A stretch of 64,000 nucleotides of DNA from Sneathiella sp. (GTDB taxonomy: Bacteria; Pseudomonadota; Alphaproteobacteria; Sneathiellales; Sneathiellaceae), in the NCBI RefSeq assembly GCF_036960985.1, contig NZ_JBALWD010000016.1, forward strand, positions 3,998 through 67,997, read 5' to 3'. The notes below the pieces were generated by a model. That model did no database searches, was not told the DNA's origin, and saw nothing but the letters and a program-made list of their open reading frames with translations. Shown here piece by piece: positions 9,372 to 20,500 of the stretch. The position numbers were made by a program, and so were the translations under genes. Position 1 is the stretch's first letter; each line of letters starts with the position of its first letter.

Positions 9372-9994
9372 CCCACACGCCAAAAATCTTTTAGAATGTC
9401 CGCTTGCAGCAAAGCCAATCCGACCGCAACAACCATCAAGATAGCCAAGGTTACGTTGATGATGCGTAAGGCTTTCGTCGATTTGACCAATCGCCGTAAG
9501 ACATTCCCGCCATAACACCAAATTGAATTAAGCGGAAAACTGACCGCCGCAAAAATGATCATGATCGTTGCGATTTGCCCCACGTAACTCGCGGAGGGGG
9601 AGACGAACTGGGAATAAGCCGCGATGATGGTGACCCAGGCCTTCGGATTGAGAGGGTGTAAAATGACACCCGCCAAATAGCCCGGATGACTGGATCTGTC
9701 TTCCACGTGCGGGTTGGCAGTTGCCACTTTATAGGCCAAGTAAATGATATATAAAACCGACGCGAACAAGAAGACAATCTGTAGGGTGGGGAAGGTTATA
9801 AAAAGCGATCCTAGTCCAAGCGCGACGGCAAGGCAGACCAACAGAAACCCTGAAATACTTCCCACCAGAAAGGGTAGAGAACGACGGTAGCCAAAACTGG
9901 CCCCGGACGCCATCAAGGCCATATTGACCGGTCCTGGCGAGCCGACCATGGAGACTGCGAACATGGCAATCAGAGCAATTTTTCCGAGTTCCAT
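9368..9994 (-). CDS. LysE family exporter
   Basis: SPGPVNM, YIIYLAYKVA, LNPKAW. Confidence 0.9.
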   Translation of the reverse strand: MELGKIALIAMFAVSMVGSPGPVNMALMASGASFGYRRSLPFLVGSISGFLLVCLAVALGLGSLFITFPTLQIVFLFASVLYIIYLAYKVATANPHVEDRSSHPGYLAGVILHPLNPKAWVTIIAAYSQFVSPSASYVGQIATIMIIFAAVSFPLNSIWCYGGNVLRRLVKSTKALRIINVTLAILMVVAVGLALLQADILKDFWRVG

Positions 9995-10014
9995 CGGGCT
10001 TCTTTCTGAAATAG

Positions 10015-10084
10015 GACAATTTACATTGTCTCAATATTGTCATAAAATTGTCCCAGTCAATTCCAATATTGTCACAGTGACAAT
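10015..10084. promoter_or_regulatory. Array of ATTGTC/GACAAT repeats, probable operator of the MocR regulator
   Basis: GACAAT at 10015 and 10079; ATTGTC at 10025, 10036, 10047 and 10068, all within the 102-bp divergent intergenic gap. Confidence 0.7.
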
Positions 10085-10096
10085 TTTAAGGCTGTT

Positions 10097-11482
10097 ATGC
10101 GAAAATTTGAAGAGATTGCCGAAACCCTTGTCGACCTTATTAAGCAGGGAAAATTGAAGGCAGGAGACCGGCTGCCCAGTCATCGCGATCTGGCCTATGA
10201 CTATAAGTGTAGCGTTGGCACTGCCAGCCGGGCGTATGGGGAATTGGAGCGGCGCGGATATACCTATGGCAAAGTCGGGCAGGGTACTTTTATTTATGGT
10301 ACAGAGGCCGATGAAGCGGCTATTGGCAAAGGCGTGTTTTTTCCGCGAGAAAGCTGGGTCGATGGCCAACGCGGTATCGTCAATCTGTCCAAGAACAGTT
10401 ACTATCACAAAGATACGGATGCCCGTATGCGCGACGCCTTTCTGCGGCTGTCCATGGGCAATGAACCAACCCAGTATCTGGAGTATTTCGACAGCCGCGG
10501 TCGCCCCCGTGATCGGGTCATTGCCGCGAGCTGGATAGGCAAACAAATCGAGAAGGTCGATCCGGAGAATATCATTATTACACAGGGCGCTCAGCCGGGT
10601 CTATACACGGCCATGGCCACATTGGCTAATCCGGGTGACGTGGTGGCGACAGAAGCCTTTGGATATCCAGGCATCCGGGCGGCGGCTTACGAACTTGATT
10701 TACGGCTGACGCCCATTGCCATGGATAATTTTGGCCTTATCCCCGAAGAATTCGAGGCAATCTGCAAACGCGGATCGGTCAAGTTGCTGGTGACGATGCC
10801 GACCGGCCATAATCCAACCGGCACAACGCAACCGCTGGAACGTCGGTTAGAAATCCTTGAGATTGCCCGGGCTCACAATGTCCTGATTGTCGAGGATGCG
10901 GTTTATGCGCCGCTGCAGGATGTCTTTCCGCCAGCTTACATAGACCTCGATCCGGAACGGGCCTTGTATATTACGAGCTTGTCCAAGGTGTTCAGCCCCG
11001 GCTTGCGGGTTGGGTACATCGTTGCCCCGCCTAATCTTGTGCCGCGATTGGCAACAAAAGTCACAGCCATCAACTGGATGACGTCGGCCATTACTCTGGA
11101 CATGTCGAATTTCTTCCTGCAAGGCGGGATCGTTGACGCGCAAGCGGTGGACTTGGTGAAAACATGTTGGCGCCGGGAACGTCGGGCGATAGATATTCTC
11201 GCACCCTGGATCGCACATGTGCATCATGCAAAACGGTCGCCGTTGCCGCATTTGTGGGTTGAACTCCCTGCAGATCAGAATATGGCCGAGTTTGTTGCTT
11301 CGGCGCGGCGAGAAAATATCGTTATTATTGCCGGCGATAGCTTTGCCATGTCCAAAACCGTCTCCGTCAATCATATCCGGGTCTGCCTGATGTCGGAACC
11401 CGACGAGCAGCGTCTTGAAAAAGCGTTGAAACGTCTGGCGACCTTGTTGGCCGAACAAACATCTCCGGTTATGGTCATTTAA
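10097..11482 (+). CDS. MocR/GabR-family regulator (GntR wHTH + PLP aminotransferase domain)
   Basis: GDRLPSHRDLA...TASRAYGEL wHTH; VEDAVY; SLSKVFSPGLRVG PLP lysine. Confidence 0.93.
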   Translation: MRKFEEIAETLVDLIKQGKLKAGDRLPSHRDLAYDYKCSVGTASRAYGELERRGYTYGKVGQGTFIYGTEADEAAIGKGVFFPRESWVDGQRGIVNLSKNSYYHKDTDARMRDAFLRLSMGNEPTQYLEYFDSRGRPRDRVIAASWIGKQIEKVDPENIIITQGAQPGLYTAMATLANPGDVVATEAFGYPGIRAAAYELDLRLTPIAMDNFGLIPEEFEAICKRGSVKLLVTMPTGHNPTGTTQPLERRLEILEIARAHNVLIVEDAVYAPLQDVFPPAYIDLDPERALYITSLSKVFSPGLRVGYIVAPPNLVPRLATKVTAINWMTSAITLDMSNFFLQGGIVDAQAVDLVKTCWRRERRAIDILAPWIAHVHHAKRSPLPHLWVELPADQNMAEFVASARRENIVIIAGDSFAMSKTVSVNHIRVCLMSEPDEQRLEKALKRLATLLAEQTSPVMVI

Positions 11483-11606
11483 ATCAAGATTTTGTACCAA
11501 TGACGAGTTGGATCTTTATTGAAATTGGGTTCTCGTGATTTTGCTGGTTCCCAGCGTTCTTTATTACTGGCCGAAGTTCAGAAAATAACACGCCCTAAAC
11601 ATGTTT

Positions 11607-12017
11607 CTATGAGTTTTGATCTTCCGACGGCAACATGTCGGGGCGAGGCTTGCTGGGGCGGGTTAGTACAAATCCAGCTCCAAATCCCATAAGGGCGAGC
11701 ATGGCGACAAGTCCATACCAAGGCGTGCTGGAAAAAGCGATGACCAATATTGCACTAACTGTCATGGTTCCGACGGCGACAATTTTTGCGCGAAGTGGGA
11801 TGACGCCGTATTTAGACCAATCTTGAAGCGGCGGACCAAAAACCTTGTGGTTATAAAGCCAATCATGGAACCGTTCAGAACTTTGCGAGAATGCCCAAAG
11901 AGAAATGAGTAAAAACGGCGTTGTTGGCAGGACAGGCAGAAAAATTCCGATGGCTCCGACGGCAACGAAAAACCAGCCGACTAGAAGTAGGAGTATCCTC
12001 TTGCTTGGTTGCATCAT
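11607..12017 (-). CDS. YbaN/DUF454 family membrane protein
   Basis: GIFLPVLPTTPFLL...SSERFHDWLYNHKVFGP. Confidence 0.9.
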   Translation of the reverse strand: MMQPSKRILLLLVGWFFVAVGAIGIFLPVLPTTPFLLISLWAFSQSSERFHDWLYNHKVFGPPLQDWSKYGVIPLRAKIVAVGTMTVSAILVIAFSSTPWYGLVAMLALMGFGAGFVLTRPSKPRPDMLPSEDQNS

Positions 12018-12486
12018 TAAATTTATTGCCATTAATTCGAGAATCGGGATTGTCAATGTCCGGGGTAAAATCCAGCTTGTGAAGGATATACCTTAAACAA
12101 TGAAGACATGTTGAAAAAAACCGCTTTTTTTGTCTTTCAAAGGTATTTTTGAGAAATAGCGACCGGTTTGACAGCTTTCAATTTAGTCAAAAGCCTTCGT
12201 TTACCCTACTGTGCGGACCTAAACCGTTATAATATTTGACTATTTTGCCTATTTTTTAAGCAGGGTGGGACAGGTTAGTATTTTTGGCATTTTGCGAGAC
12301 CAAAATACGGAAATTTGACTCAAAATCGCAATTTTTTGTTTGATCTCACCTGTGTTCTGGGCTTTCATGAAGACTGCAAGAATGCATTTAAGCGCCTTCA
12401 CTGCAACATTGTCGGGATCTAATAAAGTAAAAACAAAGAACCGGACATACATTGGGACGTCTTTAATTTCCTTAAGGGAGGAAAAA

Positions 12487-13731
12487 TTGAAAATTAAATC
12501 CATTATTTTGGCCAGTGCCGTCGTATCGGCAATCTCGGCTTTCAGCGCGCAAGCGGCTGATACAATCAAGATCGCCTTTATTGATCCGCTTTCCGGACCG
12601 TTTGCCGCAACAGGAACAAATGGCCTGAGAGAATTCGAATTTGCTGCTGATACACTTGTAAATGCCAAAGGCGGCGTTTTGGGCGGACAACAATTCGTTA
12701 TCGTGCCTTTTGATAATAAAATTAGCCCCAAAGAAAGCCTCATTCAGCTGAAACGGGCAATCGGTGAAGGCATCCAGTATATTGCGCAAGGAAACAGCTC
12801 CGGTGTTGCAAATGCACTGACGGATGCGATTAAAAAGCACAATAAACGGAATCCAGATAAGCCGGTTCTTTTCCTGAACTATTCCGCGGTTGATCCTGCA
12901 TTGACCAATGCAAAATGCAACTTCTGGCATTTCCGTTTCGACGCCAATGCCGATATCAAGATGAATGCATTGACGGACGTTATTGCGCAAGAAGACGGGA
13001 TCAAGAAAATCTACTTGATTGGACAGGATTACTCCTTCGGTAAAGCGGTTGCTGCAGCGGCGGTTAAATTCCTCGGAGAGAAACGCCCTGACATCGAAAT
13101 CGTCGGGAACGAACTTCACCCAATCGGTAAAGTGAAAGACTTTACACCCTATGCAACGAAAATTCGGGCCTCTGGCGCGGATGCGGTTATTACAGGTAAC
13201 TGGGGTGCGGACATGGTTGGTCTGGGTAAAGCCATTGGCGACACCGGACTTGATGTGCCAATTTACACTTATTATGCGGCTAAAAATGGTATTACAAAAA
13301 CCATTGGTGCCTCTGGTAAAAACAAAATCCGTCTTGTTCACGAAGGAAATGACAATCCTCCTTTGAATGAAGAGATCACGGCATATTACACTGGCTTTAA
13401 AGCTAAGTATCCTGACATGGACATCACACAGTACCGGATTGCCAACACAATTGGCATGCTGGCAGGTGCGATGGAAACAGCAGGGACAACTGATCCAGTA
13501 GCCGTTGCCAGAGCTCTTGAAGGTATGGAATTCACAACGTTGAATGGTGATAAAATGACCATGCGGGCTGAAGACCATCAGGCAATCCAGCCAATTCGGA
13601 TTTCTGTTCATACGGACGAAAACGTTACGTTTGATGCAGATAACTCAGGATATGGTTTGGTAACAGAATCAACAATTACAGCTGCTGATTCATCTTTGCC
13701 ATCAACTTGTAAAATGGAACGTCCTAGCTAA
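12487..13731 (+). CDS. Branched-chain amino acid (LIV-type) ABC transporter substrate-binding protein
   Basis: Signal peptide, IAFIDPLSGPFA, DFTPYATKI; TTG 12487 follows RBS GGGAGG. Confidence 0.9.
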   Translation: MKIKSIILASAVVSAISAFSAQAADTIKIAFIDPLSGPFAATGTNGLREFEFAADTLVNAKGGVLGGQQFVIVPFDNKISPKESLIQLKRAIGEGIQYIAQGNSSGVANALTDAIKKHNKRNPDKPVLFLNYSAVDPALTNAKCNFWHFRFDANADIKMNALTDVIAQEDGIKKIYLIGQDYSFGKAVAAAAVKFLGEKRPDIEIVGNELHPIGKVKDFTPYATKIRASGADAVITGNWGADMVGLGKAIGDTGLDVPIYTYYAAKNGITKTIGASGKNKIRLVHEGNDNPPLNEEITAYYTGFKAKYPDMDITQYRIANTIGMLAGAMETAGTTDPVAVARALEGMEFTTLNGDKMTMRAEDHQAIQPIRISVHTDENVTFDADNSGYGLVTESTITAADSSLPSTCKMERPS

Positions 13732-13757
13732 ACGGGACGCTGTTGCAAGTCTAATAG

Positions 13758-13788
13758 TGCTGGTCGGATGTTTCCGGCCAGCATTTCT
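13758..13788 (+). terminator. Intercistronic hairpin after the binding-protein gene
   Basis: TGCTGGTCGGA-tgtt-TCCGGCCAGCA followed by TTTCT. Confidence 0.55.
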
Positions 13789-13843
13789 CAGCCGGGCGTA
13801 AGATCTGGTTTCCAAGAATGTGTGTAATTAAGAGATTCAACCA

Positions 13844-14794
13844 ATGTTTGAATTGATCTTCTTTTCCCTGTTAAATGGGATTGTCACGGGACTACTGCTG
13901 TTCATGCTCGCAAGTGGTCTAACCCTTATTTTCTCGATGATGGGCGTCTTGAATTTCGCGCATGCCAGCTTCTATATGCTTGGCGCGTATCTGGCGTATA
14001 CTATCAGTATATATTTGGGGTTCTGGGTGGGCCTCATTGTCGCTCCGATATTGGTCGGCCTTATTGGCGCCGTCGTTGAGCGATACGGCCTTCGCTATGT
14101 CCATCGGTGGGGGCATGTGGCGGAGCTTATTTTCACCTTTGGTCTTGCCTTCCTTATTGAAGAAGTGGTGCAATTCATTTGGGGTAAAGATACAAAAGCG
14201 TATCTCGAGCCAGAAGTCCTGCAATTTCCGCTCTTTACGTTCTTCGGGCAAAACTTTCCGGCGTACAAAGCATTTATGCTGCTAATTTCCATCTCTATCT
14301 TTATCATGCTGTTGTTGATCCTGACTAAGTCACGTGTCGGTTTGATCATCCAGGCCGCAATTCATAAGCCGAATATGACGGCGATGCTCGGCCATAATGT
14401 GCCGCTGGTCTTCATGGGCGTGTTTGGAGTTGGCTGTGCGCTTGCAGGTGTTGCCGGCGTGATTGCCGGGCCAGCGCTGGGAACTTTCCCTGGTATGGCC
14501 GTTGTACTTGGCAGCATTGTTTTTGTGATCGTGGTAATTGGCGGTCTTGGGTCCCTGACCGGTGCTTTCGTTGCCTCCTTGATAATTGGCTTGTTGCAAA
14601 CATTTGCCATTGCCCTTGATTATTCAGTGAATGACCTTTTGACCGCCTTGAACATATCGTTTGATGCAGACAGTGCATTGCGCGATTTATGGTCACTCTC
14701 ATTGCCGCAGATTGCACCAATCCTGCCGTATCTCCTTCTGGTTCTGGTCCTGATATTCCGACCGACCGGCTTGTTTGGGAACCGTGAGACATGA
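13844..14794 (+). CDS. LIV-type ABC permease (LivH-like)
   Basis: GLTLIFSMMGVLNFAH, VVIGGLGS. Confidence 0.92.
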   Translation: MFELIFFSLLNGIVTGLLLFMLASGLTLIFSMMGVLNFAHASFYMLGAYLAYTISIYLGFWVGLIVAPILVGLIGAVVERYGLRYVHRWGHVAELIFTFGLAFLIEEVVQFIWGKDTKAYLEPEVLQFPLFTFFGQNFPAYKAFMLLISISIFIMLLLILTKSRVGLIIQAAIHKPNMTAMLGHNVPLVFMGVFGVGCALAGVAGVIAGPALGTFPGMAVVLGSIVFVIVVIGGLGSLTGAFVASLIIGLLQTFAIALDYSVNDLLTALNISFDADSALRDLWSLSLPQIAPILPYLLLVLVLIFRPTGLFGNRET

Positions 14795-16089
14795 GTGAAA
14801 TAGCAAAAACAGCGACTGCTGAAAAATCAGTGCCGTTCGTAAAACGTTACGCTGTCTGGATCGGGTTTTTCGTCATGCTTATGGTGATGCCGTATGTTTT
14901 CTCTTCAAACATCGGCTTATACACCATGAATTTGATGGGTATTTTTATCATTTTTGCCTTGTCCTATAATATGTTGCTTGGGCAAGGTGGTATGCTCTCT
15001 TTTGGTCATGCAGTGTATTTTGGACTAGGTGGTTTTATGTCCGTGCATTTCATGAACTACATAGAAGATGGTACTTTCTTCTTTCCCATGTGGTTGCTCC
15101 CAATATTTGGTGGTCTGATCGGATTGGTTTTTGCCATCATCATCGGCAGCTTCTCGACCCGGAAAGCCGGAACCGTTTTCGCCATGATATCTCTAGGAGT
15201 TGGTGAGCTAATGGCAGCCAGTTCGCTCATCTTCGTTGCCTTCTTTGGTGGCGAGGAGGGCGTAAGCGGCGACCGGACAATGGGCCCGCCGCTGTTTGGC
15301 TTTGATTTCGCCCAGGATGTTCAAGTATATTACCTGATAGCCGCCTGGGTCTTCGTCTCGGTTTTCCTGATGTATCTGTTTTCGCGAACACCGGCCGGAC
15401 GCATGGCCAATGCCGTCCGTGACAATGCGGAGCGGGCCGAGTTTGTCGGTTATAGCCAACGAAAAGTCAGATTTGTCTCCTTCTGCATTTCCGGGTTCTT
15501 CGCGGGTATCGCGGGTGGGTTATTTGCTATTAACTTTGAAATCGTCACAGAAGAAAACTTGAACGCCTTGACATCCGGCGTTGTTCTGTTGATGGCTTTC
15601 ATCGGCGGTGTTGGCTTCTTTATCGGACCGATTATCGGGGCCGTGGTTTTCACCTTGCTGCAAAGTATCTTGAGCAACTATACGGATATCTGGCAGCTCT
15701 ATGTGGGCGTCTTGTTCCTGCTGACGGTGATGTACGCGCCGCATGGACTAACCGGTATCATGATGATGCATACGCCGGCGTTCAAGATGAACCGCTTGGG
15801 AACTTTGTTAGTGCCATATCTTCGCATTGGTATTCCGACAATTTCCTTTATGGCCGGGGTCGCCGGTTTCCTGGAGATGATCCATCACGTACGAAGTGCA
15901 CCTGTGGATGAGACCATGATGAGCCTGATGGGCATTGAGTTTGATACCCATTCGATCATGCCGTGGGTGGTTATTTTCCTGTTGGCAGTAGTTGGCGGAT
16001 ATCTGGTGAAAACACAAGTGAGTCAGTTTAGAGATGCCTGGGATACGGCAAACGATCCAAATGCTGATACGGGAGGAGCCTCGTCATGA
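14791..16089 (+). CDS. LIV-type ABC permease (LivM-like)
   Basis: LSYNMLLGQGGMLSFGHA, AVRDNAERA. Confidence 0.92.
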   Translation: MSEIAKTATAEKSVPFVKRYAVWIGFFVMLMVMPYVFSSNIGLYTMNLMGIFIIFALSYNMLLGQGGMLSFGHAVYFGLGGFMSVHFMNYIEDGTFFFPMWLLPIFGGLIGLVFAIIIGSFSTRKAGTVFAMISLGVGELMAASSLIFVAFFGGEEGVSGDRTMGPPLFGFDFAQDVQVYYLIAAWVFVSVFLMYLFSRTPAGRMANAVRDNAERAEFVGYSQRKVRFVSFCISGFFAGIAGGLFAINFEIVTEENLNALTSGVVLLMAFIGGVGFFIGPIIGAVVFTLLQSILSNYTDIWQLYVGVLFLLTVMYAPHGLTGIMMMHTPAFKMNRLGTLLVPYLRIGIPTISFMAGVAGFLEMIHHVRSAPVDETMMSLMGIEFDTHSIMPWVVIFLLAVVGGYLVKTQVSQFRDAWDTANDPNADTGGASS

Positions 16090-16838
16090 GTACGGCAATC
16101 GAGCTTCGAAACCTGCGCAAGAGTTTTGGTCCTACCGAAATTATCCGCGGTGTGGATTTGCAAATCGAAAAAGGCGAGCGTCATGCGATTATTGGACCAA
16201 ACGGTGCTGGAAAATCGACCCTTTTTCACCTGATTAGCGGCCGGTATAATCTGAGTGGTGGTTCGGTACATCTGCATGGTGAGGATATCAGCAATCTGCC
16301 ACCTTACGAGATTTATCGTAAAGGGCTTTCGCGCAGCTTCCAGGTCACCAATATATTTCCAAACATGAGTGTGTTTGAGAATGTCCGCTGTGGATTGATG
16401 TGGTCGAAGAATTATAAATATTCTTTCTGGCATCTGGTGGATCGGGAACATGACCTCAACAATAAAACCTTGCAGGTAATCGAGGAAATCGGCCTCACGT
16501 CCCGCCAACATATTCCGGCCGGTGTTCTGACTTATGCGGAGCAACGGGCGCTGGAAATTGGTATTTCCGCGGCGGGTGGTGCCGACGTCATTATGCTCGA
16601 TGAACCAACGGCCGGTATGAGCCACTCAGAAACTGATCAAGCCATTGAATTAATCCGCAAAATTACCGAGGGCAAGACGCTGGTGATGGTGGAGCATGAC
16701 ATGGGGGTTGTGTTTGACGTGGCCGACCGGATCTCCGTATTGGTGTATGGCGAAATTATCGCCTGTGACACACCAGAAAACATAAGAAATAGTAAAGCTG
16801 TGCAAGAAGCCTATCTTGGCGCGGAGGCAGAGGACTGA
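16086..16838 (+). CDS. LIV-type ABC ATPase (LivG-like)
   Basis: GPNGAGKST, RSFQVTNIF, LDEPTAG. Confidence 0.93.
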   Translation: MSTAIELRNLRKSFGPTEIIRGVDLQIEKGERHAIIGPNGAGKSTLFHLISGRYNLSGGSVHLHGEDISNLPPYEIYRKGLSRSFQVTNIFPNMSVFENVRCGLMWSKNYKYSFWHLVDREHDLNNKTLQVIEEIGLTSRQHIPAGVLTYAEQRALEIGISAAGGADVIMLDEPTAGMSHSETDQAIELIRKITEGKTLVMVEHDMGVVFDVADRISVLVYGEIIACDTPENIRNSKAVQEAYLGAEAED

Positions 16839-17533
16839 TGCTAGAAGTACTTGATTTACATGCCTATTATGGAAAAAGCCACATTCTGCAAGGCGTGAAT
16901 TTTACGGTGGGTGAGGGTGAGATTGTTTCTTTGTTGGGCCGTAACGGTGTGGGCCGGTCAACGACAATCAAATCGATCATGGGCGAAGTGCCGCCGCATG
17001 GTTCCATTAAATATAAAGGCGAAGAAATCGCCGGCCTGAAGGAGCATGAGATTGCTCATCGCGGCCTCGGATATGTACCGGAGAACCGAGATGTGTTTCC
17101 AGGGATGACGGTCCGCCAGAATCTTCTCATGGGCGTCAAAGACATGAAAAAACAAGGCCGGTGGGCCATGGAAGACATGTTCAAGATGTTTCCTAACCTT
17201 CGCGAGAGGGCCGATGTCGATGCCGGTGTTCTTTCGGGCGGGGAGCAGCAGATGTTGACCATGTGCCGCACCTTGATGGGCGATCCGGATCTGGTGATGA
17301 TTGATGAGCCGACTGAAGGTCTCGCGCCGAAAATTGTTGCCCAGGTCGGTGACCTGTTGGCTGAAATCGCCAATCGGGGTGTCTCAATTCTTCTCGTCGA
17401 GCAGAAACTTGCAATTGCCATGCGAATATCTCATCGTTTGTATGTGATGGGGCATGGCCATATGGTATATGAAGGAACGCCCGACGAGTTGAAAGCCAAC
17501 GACCAGATCCGCAAGGAGTGGCTGGAAGTATAA
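16838..17533 (+). CDS. LIV-type ABC ATPase (LivF-like)
   Basis: GRNGVGRST (variant Walker A), LSGGEQQML, DEPTEGL. Confidence 0.93.
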   Translation: MLEVLDLHAYYGKSHILQGVNFTVGEGEIVSLLGRNGVGRSTTIKSIMGEVPPHGSIKYKGEEIAGLKEHEIAHRGLGYVPENRDVFPGMTVRQNLLMGVKDMKKQGRWAMEDMFKMFPNLRERADVDAGVLSGGEQQMLTMCRTLMGDPDLVMIDEPTEGLAPKIVAQVGDLLAEIANRGVSILLVEQKLAIAMRISHRLYVMGHGHMVYEGTPDELKANDQIRKEWLEV

Positions 17534-17582
17534 AGAAGTCATTCTTTGGTTATCGCTTTATCCCGGGGCGCGGGAGTTCAAA

Positions 17583-20500
17583 ATGCAGAATACGAACGTA
17601 AGTCTAGACGACAAGTACGAATTGGAAACTGGGCAGGTGTTTATCACCGGCACCCAGGCGCTTGTGCGCATTCCAATAATGCAACGTCAAAGAGACGCGG
17701 CGGCGGGTCTGAAAACCGGCGGATTTATCTCGGGATATCGCGGATCGCCGCTCGGTTTGTATGATCAAAGTCTTTGGAAGGCGAAGCCATTTCTGAAGAA
17801 TAACGATATTCATTTTCAGCCGGGCGTAAATGAAGATCTGGCGGCAACCAGTGTCTGGGGATCTCAGCAGCTTCCGATGTTTGGCCAGTCGGATTTTGAC
17901 GGTGTATTCGGGATCTGGTACGGAAAAGGTCCAGGGATTGACCGCTCTGGTGATGTTTTCAAACATGGAAATATGGCGGGTAGCTCAGAACATGGTGGCG
18001 TGCTCGTCCTCATGGGCGACGATCATATGGCCAAGTCCTCGACAGTTGCACATCAAAGCGAACAGGCGCTTGTCGCCGCGATGATGCCAATCCTCAATCC
18101 CGCGACGGTTCAAGAATATCTTGATTACGGCCTTTTTGGTATTGCCATGTCCCGCCATAGCGGCGCCTGGGTCGGGATGAAATGCCTGACGGATACCGTG
18201 GAGAGTTCAGCAACGGCCTATGTCGGTCCGGACCGCGTAGAGATAAAAATTCCGGAAGATATCGAGCCGCCGCTTGATGGCGTGCATATTCGCTGGCCCG
18301 ATAGCTCCAAAGGCCAGGAAACGCGTCTTCTGCGACACAAATTGCCGATGATCAAGGCCTTCGTTCGGGCCAATAAGCTGGATCGGATTACCCAAGATAG
18401 CCAGAACCGCAAATTTGGGATCGTAACGACCGGTAAATCCTGGCTGGATGTGGAACAAGCGCTGGGCGATCTTGGTATCGGCCCGTCTGAGGCGGAAGAA
18501 ATTGGCCTGTCCGTGTATAAAGTCGCCTGTCCCTGGCCATTAGAACCCGAAGGTATTCGGAAGTTTGCCGAAGGTCTGGACGAAATCTTGTTCGTTGAAG
18601 AAAAACGAAGCCTTATCGAGGAACAAGCGGCCCGTATTCTGTATGATCTTGATAACCGTCCCGTCCTCGTCGGCAAAGAAGACGAAAATGGCGATATGTT
18701 ATTGGCCTCTGACGGTGAATTGACCCCGGCATCGGTTGCACGGGCAATTGCATCGCGGTTGAAACGCCGCTCAATATCCGATGCTATTGCGGAAGGCATT
18801 AGTTTGGCCGAAGCCCGGGAAGACGGAAACGCCATGCCGGCGGCTCCTGTTACCCGCTCTCCGTGGTTCTGTTCCGGGTGCCCACATAATTCGTCAACAA
18901 ATGTCCCCGAAGGCAGCCGTGCGATGGCGGGTATCGGGTGCCATACCATGGCAATTTATATGCCCAATCGTCGGACCGAGACATATACTCATATGGGGGC
19001 GGAAGGGGCGAACTGGATTGGTCAGTCGCCGTTCACCAATGAAAAGCATATTTTTCAGAATTTAGGCGATGGGACCTATTATCACTCCGGCCTATTGGCT
19101 ATTCGCGCGGCAGCGGCAGCCAATGTAAATATTACCTACAAGATTCTGTTTAATGATGCTGTTGCCATGACCGGTGGGCAGCCATTCGATGGCCCGCTCT
19201 CCCCGTGGCAGATCAGTCAGCAAGTCCATGCGGAAGGTGCGAAGAAAGTTGTCGTCGTCACGGATGAGCCAGATAAATATGAAGCTGGGATGAAATGGGC
19301 GCCCGGGGTCAAGATTTATCACCGGGATGATCTGGACAAGGTTCAACGCGAGTTGCGTGAGATCGAGGGTGTTACGGCTTTGATCTATGACCAGACCTGC
19401 GCAGCTGAAAAGCGCCGTCGGCGTAAGCGCGGAACCTTTCCGGATCCAGCGAAACGCGTATTTATCAATGACGAGGTATGTGAAGGTTGTGGTGACTGCG
19501 GCGTCGCGTCCAACTGTGTTTCCGTCAAGCCGCTGGAAACCGAATTTGGCCGCAAGCGGGTTATTGATCAATCAAGCTGCAACAAAGACTTTTCTTGTGT
19601 TAAAGGTTTCTGCCCAAGCTTTGTGACCATTGAAGGCGGTGACCTCAAGAAGCCACAGACGCAGAATGTAACATCTTCTAATATTGATATTATGAACCCC
19701 GCGGTGGGGCTTCCGGAACCCACCGGGCCGGTAATAAATGGGACGTATAACATACTGGTCACAGGAATTGGCGGCACGGGTGTAATTACAGTTGGTGCGT
19801 TGCTGGGTATGGCCGCACATATTGAAAATAAAGGCGCCTCCATTCTCGATCAGACCGGATTGGCGCAAAAAAATGGCGCGGTAATGAGCCATGTTCGTAT
19901 TGCCAATAACGCCGATGAATTGAGCGGAACACGCATTCCAAACCGGCAAACGGATCTTGTGGTGGGGTGTGATCTGGTGGTTGCCGCAGGCCAGGACGCC
20001 GTTCAGACGTATGACCTGGGAAGGACGCGGGCGATCATTAATGACCATGTGGTTCCGGTTGCGGCCTTTACACTTTCACCAGATCTGGCTATGGACAGAG
20101 ATACATTGACTGGTCTCGTGGCCGACAGCATTGGCCGTGAACAGTCCGAGTTTATTAACAGCACCAAACTGGCAACCGCCTTGATGGGGGATTCTATTGC
20201 CGCCAATCTGTTCTTGCTCGGTGTTGCATTCCAGCGGGGAACAATTCCGTTGTCCTTGAATTCAATTGAGGCAGCAATCGAATTAAACGGCATAGCCGTT
20301 GACGCCAATAAGCGTAGTTTTGCCTGGGGGCGTAAAGCTGCCGCTGATCAGAAAGCTGTTGAGGAAATCGCCTTGCCGGCCATGCCAAAAGAAGACGTGG
20401 CCCTCGATACGTTGGATCAAATCGTCGCCAAGCGTATGGATCGTTTGAAAGACTATCAAAGCGGCCGTTACGCCAAACGCTATGGCAAGCTCGTTGCGTC

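Noticed and set aside
12472-13611. 379-aa minus-strand ORF, and similar long antisense ORFs (e.g. 10847..11500, 18218..18949, 23554..24174, 43853..44467, 50213..50875, 57142..57825)
   Set aside because: Each lies wholly over a well-supported gene in another frame or strand and has no recognisable motifs; expected from codon bias.
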